Positions 25,016 to 38,399 of a stretch of 64,000 nucleotides of DNA are shown one piece after another. The stretch covers positions 178,066,001 through 178,130,000 of the forward strand of contig CM059425.1 of assembly GCA_030390025.1 (NCBI GenBank), in the 5' to 3' direction. The notes beneath the pieces are model-generated. The model saw nothing but the letters and a program-made list of their open reading frames with translations. It did no database searches and was not told the DNA's origin. A program made the position numbers and the translations under genes. Source of the DNA: Squalus acanthias. Taxonomy: Eukaryota. Every line of letters begins with the position of its first letter. Position 1 is the stretch's first letter.

Positions 25016-27277
25016 GTATTAGATATTCTGGAGTTGAAGGCAGTGTGAAGTTTAGTAGGATCTTTCCTCAAGTGCCCAGGCATATTCAGAATGGATTTTT
25101 ACCTTAATAAATGTGAGAAACATGAAACATATGTATGTAATATATGGGGGTTTAACAACAAAGTTACAAAAGATTGTTGTATTTGGTTAATAACCATTCT
25201 CTGAAAGTTTCCAGTCAACGTGAAGCTGTTATCAACAAACTAAAGAAGTGCAAAAATGCATCTTGAGTTGATTAAAAACTATCTTAGCATTGCAAAACTC
25301 ATAAGTTAGATCATATTTTGAATATTGTATGCAATTTTGGGCCCCTTATCTTGAAAGGGGCAGTAAAACATTGGAGAAGCTTTAGACATGAGGAGCAGAA
25401 ATGATTCTGGACTTGGGACTCTAAGCTATGAAAAGAGACTCACAAAGTCGAACCATAAGTAAACTTGATGTAGCGTTACCAGGATGGTGTGTTAAATAAA
25501 CTGGGAGGCAATTTGTTCTGCTCCATGGAAGCAGCTAGATTTTTTTTTTATAATCAGTGTTTTTTTAGTATCTAGTTATAGGGCATTGAAAATCAAACAC
25601 ATTTTGTATACCAAACCTTTACCTTAATCAGCTGGTCACTGTACTATGTGTTTCTAAGTCCGTAATTTTATTATTAGCAACAGATTTTCAGCCCAAATAC
25701 ATCTTCAGTTAGTTTGGAAATAAACAAACTAACAACTTAGTTTTTAATTTAGTATTAAAAGTAGTTGGCATGTAATGAAAATGTAATGAAAACCAATCAA
25801 ATTGTTTTTAAGCTAGTATATCATTTCTTATTACTGAACAATGAATGCAATTGGTTGGTTAATTAAAAAAATGTTTTTTCAACTCCTGGAACTGGAGGGG
25901 ACATATTCCAAGGGAAACAAGCTACTCTGCAGCTAATCACAGAGGAAAATGACTATTTCTGCAATATTATTTTCATATTCCCAGAATATAGTCAGAGAAA
26001 CAGATTTATAACAAAATATTTACACCAGTCATTCATACAAACATGCAATACTAAATTGTACCAATCAGATATTAGAAAATGCAAAAAAATCATATATTTT
26101 TGAGCAAAATAAATTGCATATGAAAATAGTAAATATTAACATAAAGATATTTAAATAGGTAACATGTATCTACAATTTACATTTTGTAAAAAAAACTTAT
26201 TTTCATTAAGACTCCAAACTTCCTTTCACAGCAGCCTGGGGAATGCTATGCAAGACTGGTGGATTGAGGGAAAATCAAAGACAGAAGTCAGTCTTTGAAC
26301 CCACCATAGATTTTCCAATCATGCCAACCTAATCTGGGGGAAAATCATTTAACATTTCCAATTATTATTTCACTTAACTGCCCAGATTTGTTTATTGTTT
26401 TGATTGGGAATGGTTGATTGTGAGGCCTACGGGTACACCAACCCAATTAGAAATCTTGCAGCTTCTTTTGATAAACATGAACTCCCAACACCATTTCCAA
26501 ATTCAGATTCATTTTGGCAAACATGGATTATCAGAATAAAACAACCTGGGCACAATCTTTATTTATTAATTGATAATTTTAAATAACCTTAATGTGTCTC
26601 TCTTACACAGGAGTGCATCAGTAATAGAAGTGAATAAGCACATACAGGGCTCCATGGGTAAAATAGCCTTTTCAAAGTTGAAGATGAAAGTCTGTGTGCT
26701 CCACAGCAACATAATGAATTTTCAGCAGTTATGCTAATTAAGTAACTTGTTGACTGCTTGAGAAGTGTTAAACAACAACTTGCATTTACATGTATCTCAC
26801 ATGCAGAGTGTTTTACAATAAAGAAGAAAGGAATGCGGTGGACAACAAGCATTAGGAGAGAGAAATGGAGACAAAATGGGGAGCAGAAGTCATATTTGAA
26901 GAGGAGGGTTTTGAGGAAGTTTTTGAAAGCAGAGAAGGAGGTACCAATGTGAAAGGAATGAGGCAGAGTGTAGGAACATAGTGAGTAAATGAGCAGCTGC
27001 CAATGGTGGAGTGGAGGTGACAAGGGGTGTGTAGAAGTGCAGTGTTGGAGGAGCACAGGGTGTATACGGGGATGTAAGGCAGAAGGAGATCACAAAGGTA
27101 GGTTGGGGCGGATTTATGAAGTGATTTGAAAATAAAGACAAGAATTTTGAAATTAACACACTGAGGCAAAAGTTGGCCAGTGGAGCTTGGATAAGTAATG
27201 AGGTGCAGTATTTTGGATGAGTTGTAATTTTTGGAGAGTTGAAGCGAGAAGAGCAACTAGACAGCTTTGGAGTAATT

Positions 27278-28170
27278 GGGGTAAAAATTCGGTATCGCCC
27301 CGTTTGGGGCGCAATTATCGGCCGGGCGCAAAGTTTAATGCCTGCCGATAATTATCGCCTCCGACTGCAAACTTGGCTTCTATCGCCCCTGGAGGTGATT
27401 GGAGCGCTAACTCAGGCGCTACACACCTCTCTTAAGGCGCTAACGCCGAGGAGCGAGGCGCTACCTCAGAGCGCTGGCGAAGCTCATGTGATTTCAGTCA
27501 GCAATGGAACACAGACACACTGGCGCCGGCCAGTTCTTAAAGGGGAGGGTCGATCTTGCTTTTCATCAAAATCCTGCTCATTGCAGCCTTGAATCTCGGC
27601 CTGTAGAGACCTGTACATCAAATCTGCTGGAAAGAACAATGGAGAGGCCCAGGGAAAGAGCTCAGAGTGCAGCACCCTTAGTCTCTTCTAAATCGATGTA
27701 AGGAAGATCAAATCAAAATGAACCTGCAAAGTGCTGCTCAGTACCCAAAACTCCTCAACACAGCGTTGAATATCTCCAGAAGTCTCTCTCTCTCACTCAG
27801 AATGCGTGGTGCAAAAATGTCGCCGACAAAAAAAGGCAAGAAGTGTTCGCCTTTAAATAGCACTCCTCCAGCCCCCTCCTGATTGCAAAAGGCTCCCCTC
27901 AACCTGTCGTTGCTAGCGGCAGGTGGTAAGGCAGAGGGCGCCACTCAATATCTGGTCTGGGGCGCTACCGGGGGTGTTGCATGCTTGACTGACGTCACAA
28001 TCTGCGGGCGCAGGAGATCGTGGAGGTAGTCTTTAGCGCCACCGCAAAATGTCTGCTCAATTTCGCGAGCGGCGCAAACATTGCCGCGCCCGGGCGCTAG
28101 TTGCTTTGCGCCCCATTAGCGCCCTCTTAAGGCGCTAACGGGAGGCGCAAACCAACCGAATTTTTCCCTC
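27278..28170. mobile_element. PIF/Harbinger-type MITE, 893 bp, copy 1
   Basis: TIRs ggggtaaaaattcgg / ccgaatttttccctc; 3-bp TSD ATT; host L2 resumes afterwards. Confidence 0.88.
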
Positions 28171-28330
28171 ATTGAATTTTGAGGTAATGAAGTCATGGAC
28201 TAATGTTTTGGTAGCAGAATGGGAAAGATAGGGTGCAGATGGTTAACGTTGCAGAGATGGAAGAAAACAGTTTTAGTAATGGAGCAGACGTGGGCGAGAA
28301 TTACAAAGTGAAGTTGAACAGAATGTTGAA

Positions 28331-29003
28331 GGGCTAGAAATTCCGTATCAAAAATTGAAAAAGTAGCGCCAGGCGCTAATCCTTCTCTCCTGCCAGAAAC
28401 TTCGGCTTTAGCGCTCCAAGAGGGAAGTGGAGCGCTAAATCAAGCGCTAACACTTTTCTTGGGTTGCTAAAGTGTGTGAGAGGGACGGTAGCGGCAGAGC
28501 GCTGACGAATGTTCAGTGCAGTGCTGCCGGCATCAGAGGCTCCTTCCCTCACTTAAAGGGAAGGCCAATGATGGGATGCAAGATTCTTCCTCGTATTTCT
28601 GTGGGCCCACGGGACCTGCGCGACTTGCATTACAGCCTCAAGCACTCTAAGAGAGTGTAAGGCTGAGTAATCGCGTATCAATCAGACATGTAAAACATTC
28701 AGTAGGCACCAGACTGGTGTGAAGAATAAAGTTTGCCCTACCTGACCATCACTGCCTTTAAATATCACTCCCCAAATGGCCAGCTGAGGTGACAACGCCT
28801 CCTGCTGCTGCCGTTGTTGACGCCCGGCAATGCAACAGGGGGCGGGGGCGAATATCAGATCCGGGGCGGTAATGGGGCGCTGCGCACCTGATGACATCAT
28901 GATCTACGGGGCGCAACAGAGCGAGGCGGTAAGTGTGTTAGCACCAGTGCAAAACCGCCAGGGAAGTTTGTATGCAGGCACTAAGCAGCTGAATCTCTAG
29001 CCC
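28331..29003. mobile_element. Related Harbinger-type MITE
   Basis: TIRs gggctagaaattc / gaatctctagccc; shares subterminal motifs with the 893-bp family; TSD imperfect. Confidence 0.75.
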
Positions 29004-30403
29004 AAGGTTCCTTACCTTTTGACTCAGCTTGAGATGGCAGCCAGGGAATTTGATAGAATTGAGGACAGGGGCACAGAGATGCTAGCAAGAGCTGAAGAGT
29101 ATAGTCTTAGTCTTGTCAATATTGAACTGAAGGAACTTTTGTCTCATCCAAGTCTTGAAATTAGAGCGGCGATTTGAGTGTATTGCAACAGCCTTTGGGT
29201 CAATGGAGGAGACAGCAAGATAGAGCTGTCTTTTCATATGAAAAATTATCCCTTGATTCTGGATAAAGTTGCCAAGGAGTAGAAGGTAGATAGTGAAGAA
29301 GAGGGAGCCAAGTGTGGTCTCCTGGGATACACCAGAGGTGATCAAGTGAGCAGAGGAGGAAAAGAATTCCGATTCACCTTCTCCTGGCATGCACCAAGAT
29401 TGCACATTTGAAGCTGTGATTTTCTATCAATTAACTTTAATGAGCAGAAAATCATGGACTGGGAATGCACAATTTTGTGCTCTGCTCTGTGTGCCAGGAA
29501 TAGATGCATCGGAATATTTACCCCCTAGTGCCTGTGGTGAATCAGAGAAGAATGGAACCAGGAATACAGTCCCCTATGGATTGGAATCTGAAACAGACGC
29601 ACAGCAAAAGTAATCACTTGTTCATTAATTAATTTCTTTTAAAGGCAAGTGGAAAAACATGTGGTTTAGACTGGGATTCATGGTTACAGAGATTAGTACA
29701 GGGGAAGATAATTAAATACTCCTTTATTGCAAGTGTGCCAAGATTGGCTTGGGTTTTTTCATTTCTCCCCAATTGTAATTTGAGTTCCTAGGAAGTGCAT
29801 GTTCCAAAACTATGATTTTATTATCAGGTTGAAAATAATTATGAAAAACTGACATTTAACCCAGCTTTCAATAAAATAGGAAAGTACGGCCTTATGAGAT
29901 TAGATTATTTTTTCAACAGGTTTGTGTGTAAGTGAAGCGGATTCACAGCAAAAGTAATTACTACTGTGTCAATTAACTCATTTAAAAGCTAGAGCTAGAA
30001 AAATATCTGACTCGAACTCATGGTTAGAGAGGAAAGTGCATGTGAAGATAATTAAATACTTCATGTAACAAGTTAGGGCTTATTTTCCTCTCTCTAACCC
30101 CCCACCAGCAATGCCCTGGAGCAAGTCAGGCGAAGATACCCCAAATTCTAAAAATTAACTGTACAAAGCAATAGGCCAGTTATGAACAGTAGTGATGTGG
30201 GGGATGTAATCTATAATCTGGAGTTTTGATTAATTTTGTCTGAGGTCAGCAACAATCTATGCAGAACTTTGGGTCATGACATTAAATGGGTGAGGTAGAT
30301 TCCAGAATAGGGTAAATTGTACAAATTGTGTTTGTGGAAGGAGTAGGCTATTTATTATCTCACTCAAATGTAGTGAACTAATTGCTGTTCTGCTTTATTT
30401 CAG

Positions 30404-30547
30404 GATGATGCGTACATGTTTTCTTTGGTATACGATTTGCATTACAGTGATGCACACTTTCCTTCACAATCATTGTCTATGAAGGAAGAAGATGTTAAAA
30501 CACCTGACGAAATCATGCAAATGTTTAGCGACATCACTTACTTCAAG
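30404..30547 (+). CDS. lvrn: M1 aminopeptidase exon D, 144 bp, catalytic Tyr
   Basis: tttcag|GAT...AAG|gtaaat; DDAYMFSLVYDLHYSDAHFPSQSLSMKEEDVKTPDEIMQMFSDITYFK ends in the FxxxxYxK motif. Confidence 0.9.
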
Positions 30548-30886
30548 GTAAATTTTAGAACAAACATAGAAGACGCGATTGGGTTTCAGTTCAAATATGG
30601 CGATTAGCTTGTCATTGAATGTTTTGATGAAGGAGTCCAAGTGCACACATTTATCATCAGGACATACTGTTCAAATAATAATAAAGCAATAAGACATGGG
30701 TTGCAGATGGGATTCTCTAGGTTTCTATTTGTTAAATAAATGAATGAAGCTGAATAGTTTATGAAAGGTAATTAGCATAATGATAACATTAAAAAAATAC
30801 ATTGGGTCAGTCAGCGTCTGTAGAGAGGAACAGACAGGTTAATATTTCAGACAGTGTCCTACAGAGTGCCCAGGAGAGAAATGCAG

Positions 30887-31950
30887 TGGGGGTTATTTTG
30901 GCCAAAGGGTGAAAACAGGTGCTAAATGGGTTCTGTACTAATAAGACACACCTGTTTGAAAGTCTGAATTTAGCACAATTTTGGTCCAAATTGCTGAATA
31001 CAATAATTTGACCTTGCCTGGATGTGCTAAACCAGAAACTTGCAGGATTAGCATTCAAGTGCTACAACTGACGAAAGGTAATCGACCTGAAACGTTAACT
31101 CTGTTTCTCTCTTCACAGATGCTGCCTGACCTGCTGAGTATCTCCAGCATTTTCTGTTTTTATTATAGCACTCAAGTGCTGATTAGTGCAATTTTCGTGG
31201 AGCAGTATATGTGGGCTCCTCACACCCATTTCCTCAGAAGGTGCGAAATGCACTGGCTGGCACACAGTGGCACATTTCAGGATGGCTCAAGGACCAAGGC
31301 ACAGGTTCTCGAACGCAGAACTGGAGGTCCTGGTGGAGGAGATCCAGAGGAGGAGGGATGTCCTATACCCGCAGGGGGGGAAGGAGTCCACCTCGCCCTC
31401 CTTGCCCTCCTTGCCCTCCTCGCCCTCTCTCCTGCAGCAGCTGGTGCTGCTCTGCCTGGCCTCATGTCCTCCTCCTGTTTCTCATCCAGACCAAGGGGGT
31501 CCCCTAGCAAGATGCCCATAACCAAGCACTCCCTTTCTCCTGGTGACTCCTATAAGGTGGAGTAGCACAGCACTCACTCTCTTTAGGTGAAGGAATAAAT
31601 GTGGCTCAAGTGTTGGTGAAGTCTTGGCAAAGTGTCCCAGAAAGTCTCCCAAATTGTTTCAGAGATCCTCTTCACAGCTCCAGCAGCAAGTGAACATGAA
31701 ATGGTGAGGATCCCTTTAAATAGTGCTTGAAATCGACAGGAACGCCATGTTTACTCCCAAACAGCTGGTCACTGTTAGGAGAGGGTGTTAGGACAAGTGC
31801 TAGCCACCAAAATGCCATGCAGCCTCTTTAATGAGTGCTAGCAGGCATTTTAAGTGGCAAGCAGCCCCTTAACGAGCCTTCGGTTGGCGTTCCTAGCGCA
31901 GGCTTCAACTCCTTTACCAAGATGGTGCTTTGCGCTAAACCGGCGTTTCC
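30887..31950. mobile_element. Internally deleted Harbinger-like element
   Basis: + strand Myb/SANT start MAQGPRHRFSNAELEVLVEEIQRRRDVLYP (31282-31380) abuts a - strand acidic/Arg-rich N-terminus; ends approximate. Confidence 0.6.
31068..31100 (+). ncRNA. Minimal hammerhead core at the start of a short Penelope-like tail (31068-31165)
   Basis: CTGACGA-aAGGT aatcg ACCT-GAAA-CGTT-AACT; 5' strand of stem I missing. Confidence 0.6.
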
Positions 31951-31957
31951 GCTCAAG

Positions 31958-33995
31958 GAGCAGGAGTAGGTCATTCCCCATATCCCTTGATTCACTTAAT
32001 ATCCAAAAATCTGTCGATCTCTGTCTTGAATATACTCAACGACTGAGCCCCCACAGCCCTGTGGGGTAGAGAATTCCAAAGATTCACCACCCTCTGAGTG
32101 AAGAAATTTCTCCTCAACTCAGTGGAAACAGTTTCTCCTTACTTACTCTATCTAAATCCTTCATGATTTTAAACACCTCTATCAAATCTCTTCTTAACCT
32201 TCTCTGCTCTAAGGAGAACAACCCAGCATCTCCAGTCTATCCACGTAATTGTAAACCCTCGTCCCTGGAACCATTCTAGTAAATCTCTTCTGTACACTCT
32301 CTAAGCCTTCACGCCCTTCCTAAAGTGTGGTGCCCAGAATTGGACACAATACTCCAGCTGGGGCCGAACTAGTGTTTTGTTTAGGTTTAGCATAATCTGA
32401 GAGATTATACCTATCAGGAAAGATTGAACAGGCTGGGGCTCCTTTCTCTAGAAAAGAGAATACTGAGGGGTGACCTGATATAGGATTTTAGATTATGAAA
32501 GGTTTTGATAGGGTAGATGTAGAGAAGATGTTTCCACTTGCAGGGAGACCAGAACTAAAGGCCACAAATATAAGATAGTAACTAATAAATCCAATTGGGA
32601 ATTCAGGAGAAACTTCTTTACCCAGAGAGTGGTTAGAATGTGGAACTCGCTACCACAAGGAGTAGTTGAGGCAACTAGCATAGATGCATTTAAGGGGAAG
32701 CTAGATAAACACATGAGGAGAAAGTAATAGAAGGATATGTTGATGGGATTAGATGAAGAAGGTTAGATGAGACTCGTGCGGAGCACAAACACGGGCATGG
32801 ACTTGTTGGGCTGAATGGCCTGTTTCAGTGCTGTAAGTACTATGTAATACTATGTAAAGATGGAGAGGTCAGGGTATGAAGGTGATAGGGATTAAAGTGA
32901 TGAACCACTGGGACTTCAAGGTTACAATTGTGGATTGAAAGTAGAGCTTGGCAAAGTGGTCTTCCAATCCCCAGTGTAGAAAAAACAAATACACCAAATA
33001 CAGAATATTAGATTGGAGTAAGTACATAGGAACATAGGAACAGGAGTAGGCCATTCAGCCCCTTGAGCCTGTTCCGCCATTCAATGAGATCATGGCTGAT
33101 CTGTAGCTTAACTCCATCTATCTGCCTAAGCTCCATATCCTTTTATACCCTTGTCAAGCAAAAATCTATCAATCTCAGATTTAAAATTATTAATTGAGCT
33201 AGCATCTACTGCTTTTTGTGAGAGAGAGTTCCACACTTCTACCACCCTTTGCGTGAAGAAGTGTTTCCTAACTTCTCTCCTGAATGGCCTGATTTTAAGG
33301 TTATGTTCCCTTGTCCTAGACTCCCCCCACCAGCAGAAAAATCAATTCCTTTCAAAATCCTAAACACCACAATCAAATCACCCCTTAACCTTCGATATTC
33401 CAGGGAATACAATCCTAGTTTATGTAATCTCTCCTCATAATCTAACCCTTGGAGTCCTGGTAACATTCTGATGAATCTGTGCTGCATTCCTTCAAGGCCA
33501 ATATATTCTTTCTAAGTTGCGGTGCCCAGAACAGTGCTCCAGATGTGGTCTAACCAGGGTTGTTTAGCTGTAGCAAAACTTCCTCCCCTTTATATTCTAG
33601 CCCTCTAGATTATAAATGCTAATATTCCATTAGCTGTTTTCATTACTTTTTGTACCTGACTGCTATATTTTAGTGATTTGTGTACATGGACCTCTAAATC
33701 TCTTTGGACCACCGCTGTTCCTAGCTTTTCATCATTTAAATAATACTCAGACCTATACTTTTTTTGTCCAGAATGGATCACCTCACACATACCTGCGTTG
33801 AAATTCATCTGCCATTATTTCACCCACTCACTTAATCTATCAATGTCGCTTTGTAATTTTATGCTCCCGTCTACACAACTTTCTGTACCATCAATCTTTG
33901 TGTCATTGGCAAATTGGATATATGGCTTTCTGTTGTGTTATCTAATTCATGAATAAATGTAGTGAATAGTTGAGGCCCCAGCACAGATCCTTGCT
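31958..33995. mobile_element. Cluster of CR1 3' fragments: 31958-32395 (-), 32396-32856 (+), 33022-33995 (-)
   Basis: RLRGDLI / FFTQRVV motifs and CR1 3' UTR tails in alternating orientation. Confidence 0.8.
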
Positions 33996-34670
33996 GTGCA
34001 AGCGCAGGAGATGCAACACCTGCCCTTATACCTCCTCCCTTCCCACTGTCCAGGGCTCCAAACACTCCTGCCAGATGAAGCAGTGATTTACTTGTACTTC
34101 TTGCAATTTAGTATACTGTATTCGCTGCTCACAATGCGGTCTCCTCTATACTGGGGAGACCAAACGCAGATTGGGTGACCGCTTTGCAGAACACCTCCGT
34201 TCAGTCCGTAAGCATGACCCCGAGCTTCCGGTCGCTCCACTCCCACTCAACCTCTCTGTCCTTGGCCTCTTACACTGTTCCAACGAAGCTCAACGTAAGC
34301 TCGAGGAACAGCACCTCATTCTTTTATTGGGCACTTTACAGCCTTCTGGACTCAACATCAAGTTCAACAATTTCAGACCATAACCTCTGCCCCTATTTTT
34401 TCACATGGCAGCTGTTGATGATTCTGCCATCCCCATTTACACCTCATCTAGAGTCATCTTTTGCTTCTTTACTTGTCCCATTACCATCTCCTTTTGCTTT
34501 GTACAATTATACCCTTTATCATTTAATCACTCCTGCCTTCCACCCTATCACAGGCCTTCCCGTTTGTTCTTTCCTCCCCTCCCCACTTTCCCTGCCCCTG
34601 CACTTGCTTAAAATCTGTTACATCTCTAACTTTTTCCAGTTCTGACGAAAGGTTATCAACCTGAAACGTT
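33996..34670 (+). mobile_element. Penelope-like element 3' part with GIY-YIG endonuclease remnant
   Basis: NLVYCIRCSQCGLLYTGETKRRLGDRFAEHLRSV; RKLEEQHLI; tail resumes at 35446-35515. Confidence 0.85.
34638..34670 (+). ncRNA. Minimal hammerhead ribozyme interrupted at its cleavage site
   Basis: AGTT-CTGACGA-aAGGTT atc AACCT-GAAA-CGTT, then the MITE; AACT resumes at 35449. Confidence 0.75.
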
Positions 34671-35445
34671 GGGCTGGATTTTCTCAATGGGGGCACGTTG
34701 GGGGCGGAACTTCTGGTTTCCAGGTTTCAGTCCCACCCCCAGCGACGTCTGACCAACCCACACTATTTTCCCTTGATTGGCCTTGTTAAGCCCGCCATAC
34801 CAGCCAACTGAGGGAAAGCTGGTGACAGATGACATCAGTGTATGACGCTTCATCTGTTGAAAACATTTTGACAGATGAATTGTCAGCATTTGACAGCTTT
34901 GAGAACACAGGCTCACCAAGACCTCTCTCCTCAGCAGAAATCAGATGGCTGCTGCATCTGAGAATGTAGCAGCCATTCTGTCATCTCTGCCATTGAGATG
35001 AGGCACCTCCCGATCCTCAAAGGTTGAAGCCTGCAGAAAGAAGCAACGGTAAGGAAACTTTTTCCAACAGTTTACACTCACCTCTCATACTTATCTGTCC
35101 ACACTTGCACCCATCACTCACCTCTACAACTGACATTTCGATCCCTCTCACCCCCGCAGACCCACTGCTCGCCTCGCTGACCCTGGCGAGGTTCGCAGCC
35201 GTCGGGAAGCCCGCACTTGCAGGGGCAAAATGGGGAAAAGCCTCAAAACTGCCTGTTAACTATGTGTTAACAGGCAGTTAATTGGCTGTAATCCCCTTTC
35301 CGCCTCGAGGAGACGGGACCCGCCTCCCGGGAAGATGGCACGGAGACGGGTTGGGAGCGGGGTCGGTGCTCGCTCCCAGTTTCTGCCATTTTCCCAACAG
35401 TTCCTCCTCCATACCCGCCTCCCCAGGGCTGGGAAAATTCCCCCC
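34671..35445. mobile_element. Harbinger-type non-autonomous element
   Basis: Termini gggctggattttctc / gggaaaattcccccc; flanks GTT/ATT; splits the Penelope tail cleanly. Confidence 0.8.
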
Positions 35446-35519
35446 ATTAACTCTGTTTCTCTCTCCACAGATGCTGCCTGACCTGCTGAGTATTTCCAAC
35501 ATTTTCTATTTTATTATTA

Positions 35520-36048
35520 ATTATTCAACAAGTCTGCCATTTCCTTATTTTCATTTGCAATATTACCCTCATTTGTTTTTAAAGGGTCCACATTACCCTT
35601 GACTACCCCTTTTCTTCTAATATAATTGTAAAAACCTCTTGTGTTAATCTTGATATCCCTCGCAAGTTTCATTTTGTATTCCCTTTTTGCAGCCCTTACT
35701 ATCTTTTTTTGTCTTTCTTTGCTGTTCTTTATATCTCTCCCAGTCCCCTGGATTTACACTATTCTTTGCACTGTTATATGCTCTTTCCTTTAGTTTTATG
35801 TTATCTCTCACCCCTTTTGGCTGCTTCATTTGGTAAGTAGAGCTTTTACCCATTAGGGGTGTATACTGGTCCAGTATTAAGCTAAATTCTTTTTTGAACA
35901 CCTCCCACTGTTCATCTGAAGTTTTACCCGATTACAGTTTTGACCATTTTGCTGTCGTCAGTCTCTGACTCATCCCGTTAAAGTTAGCCTTACCATTAGT
36001 AACTGTGTTAAATTTCTCCTTTTCAAACCTAACGTCAAATTCAATCAT
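35520..36048 (-). mobile_element. CR1 ORF2 internal fragment
   Basis: KANFNGM and DNIKLKERAY linker region homologous to the 15430-18210 ORF2. Confidence 0.7.
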
Positions 36049-36700
36049 AAACGCCCGTAATTTCCGATAGGAGGCTTCCTGCATGCGGATGCCTCCTAAC
36101 GGGAAAAAATCTACGCCCTTATCTGAGGGCTCCCAAAGTCCGGACTCTTCCGCTCCAGAGCCTCTCCTGGTCCGCGCGCGCAGAGGCCCACGTATCCCAG
36201 GGGCACAGGCGGTTCGCAAGCGTCCCTGGGATCACGTAGGCCAGGCAAGCCAATGTCGGAAGGGAATCCCCCTTCATACTTTTGGCAGGTAGACCTGGCA
36301 AAAGTATGAATGGGGATCACTGAAAAAAGACACTACAATATTAAAAAAATAAATTTTAAATCACGCTTTTAAAATGAGTTAAAATTACATTAAATTAAAT
36401 ATTTTAAACAAAAATTTAATTTTTTGAAAAATATAATTAAAGTATTTTACGGGGCTAAAAATAAACTTACCTTTTTTAAAAGTATTTTTAAATTATAAAT
36501 AGTTGAAAAAGATATAATTTTTTTACTTTTTTAAACCCTTATGCCAGGCATAAGTGGGCATTTGTGTGGCAACTTATGGTAATTAGAGAGCTATTTCAGT
36601 TTGGCACCCTCTACAGGGGATCTGGGATCTGTGTGAACAGAGCAAGCAACAGCATGTTCCTTCAACCAATCAGATTGAAGAATCCTTACTGAGGCACGTA

Positions 36701-37593
36701 GGGGTAGAAATTAGGTCGCGCCCCATTTGGGGCGCAAATATCGTCCGGACGCAAATATTAGCGCCTGGCGCTAATTATCGGCACTGACGGGAAACTTCAC
36801 TTTTACCGCCCCGGGAGGTGAGTGGAGCGCTAAAGCAGGCGCTGCACACCTCTCTTAAGGCGCAAAGGCCGAGCAGTGAGGCGCTAACTCGGAGCGCTGG
36901 CGAAGCTCATGTAATGTCAGTCAGCAATGGAACACACACACAATGGCACGGGCCAGTTCTTAAAGGGGATGGTTAATCTTGCTTTCCATCCACATCCTGT
37001 TCATTGCTGCCTTGAATCTCGGCCTGGAGAGACTTGCACATCAAATGTGCTGGAAAGAACAATGGAGAGCACCAGGCAAAGAGCTCAGAGTGCAGTTCCC
37101 ACGGTCTCTGCTAAATCGATACAAGGAATGGCAAATCAAAATGAACCTGAAAAGTGCTGCTCAGTACCCAAAACTCCTTCACACAACGTTGAATCTCTCC
37201 AGAAGTCTCTCCCTCTCTCTCTCAGAATGCGTAGTTCAAAAATGCCACCAACAATAAAAGACAGGAAGAGGCCCCCTTTAAATAGCGCCCCCCCCAGCCC
37301 CACAGCGATTGATAGCGTTCCAGTCTTCTGGTCGTTGGAAGCGCCAGGCGGTAAGGCAGGGGGCGCCACTCAATTTCGGCTACGGGGCGCCCCAAGGGCG
37401 TTGCACCATGGAATGACGTCACAATCTGCGCGCGCAGGTGGTCGCAGCGGTAAGTTTTAGCGCCGCCGCACAATCTCAAGTTAAGTTCTCGAGCGGCGCA
37501 AACATCGCTGCGCCCGGGCGTTAGCGGCTTTGCGCCCCATTAGCGCCCTCTTAAGGCGCTAACGGGTGGCGCAACCAAGTGAATTTTTACCCC
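36701..37593. mobile_element. PIF/Harbinger-type MITE, 893 bp, copy 2
   Basis: TIRs ggggtagaaatt / aatttttacccc; 3-bp TSD GTA; colinear with 27278-28170. Confidence 0.9.
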
Positions 37594-38399
37594 GTAGAGT
37601 CTAAACCAGGAAGTGTAAGTTAAAATATTTAATTCAATGTAAAATCATGTACAGAAAGCAAAATAGAGGGAAAGAAAGATGGGATTAAGAGAGAGAGAGA
37701 GAGAGAAATAAAAGAGACAGAAAGAAAAAGTAAAAAAAGTTTTATTTTAATTTTACATTTAAAAAAATCTCCAACTAATTAAAATCTGAAGAAATGAGAC
37801 TTCACACTTGTAAAAGTTAATTTTCAGTGCCAGAGAGGTTGTTTGGTAGTAATTAAGACTTATCATGCCATTAAAAATTCACTTAGACTTGAATGGACAA
37901 GCCCTGACTTTTTCTGGCGTGTTTAGCGGGTATCTAGTGGGTAAGTACCGCAACTTCACACCTTTCATGTATTTGAATGCCGAGTCTCTCGGCGAGGTAC
38001 CAGTGTAGCGAAGCTTGTGGAGGAGCAGGGCAACACAGACAGCAGCTTCCTGATTTCCATGTTGTACTGCGCCAGAAGTTGCCGTCTGATTTACTCCATA
38101 ATAACGGTGAGCGCTGATAGCCTCACCAATATTATTACCGCAAAATCCAGGCCATTATGTTCTTATTGATTCATTCAGTCCTATGAAGATTGTATGGCTG
38201 ACACTCTAGAGCATCCAAGTAAAACTTTGCTCCAAAACAATCCACGCGCCAAGTTTAATTGTCATTCCTCTCATTAGTAGATAGATTCTAAAAATGATGG
38301 ATCTATAAAGAGGCCTCTGGCTGCAATGCGAGGAGAGTGGATTCTCAATGAGGAAACTCAGGTTCAAATTTCAGTCATTTTAATTCTCCGGACTACTCC

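Larger units (their letters stand above)
26760..29390 (-). mobile_element. Old L2 LINE interrupted by two MITEs
   Basis: NFKILVFIFKSLH, SGVSQETTLG and WMRQKFLQFNIDKTK on the - strand. Confidence 0.8.

Noticed and set aside
30810..30851. Sixth hammerhead copy on the - strand
   Set aside because: Only the downstream pLTR tail remains; the CUGANGA core is absent
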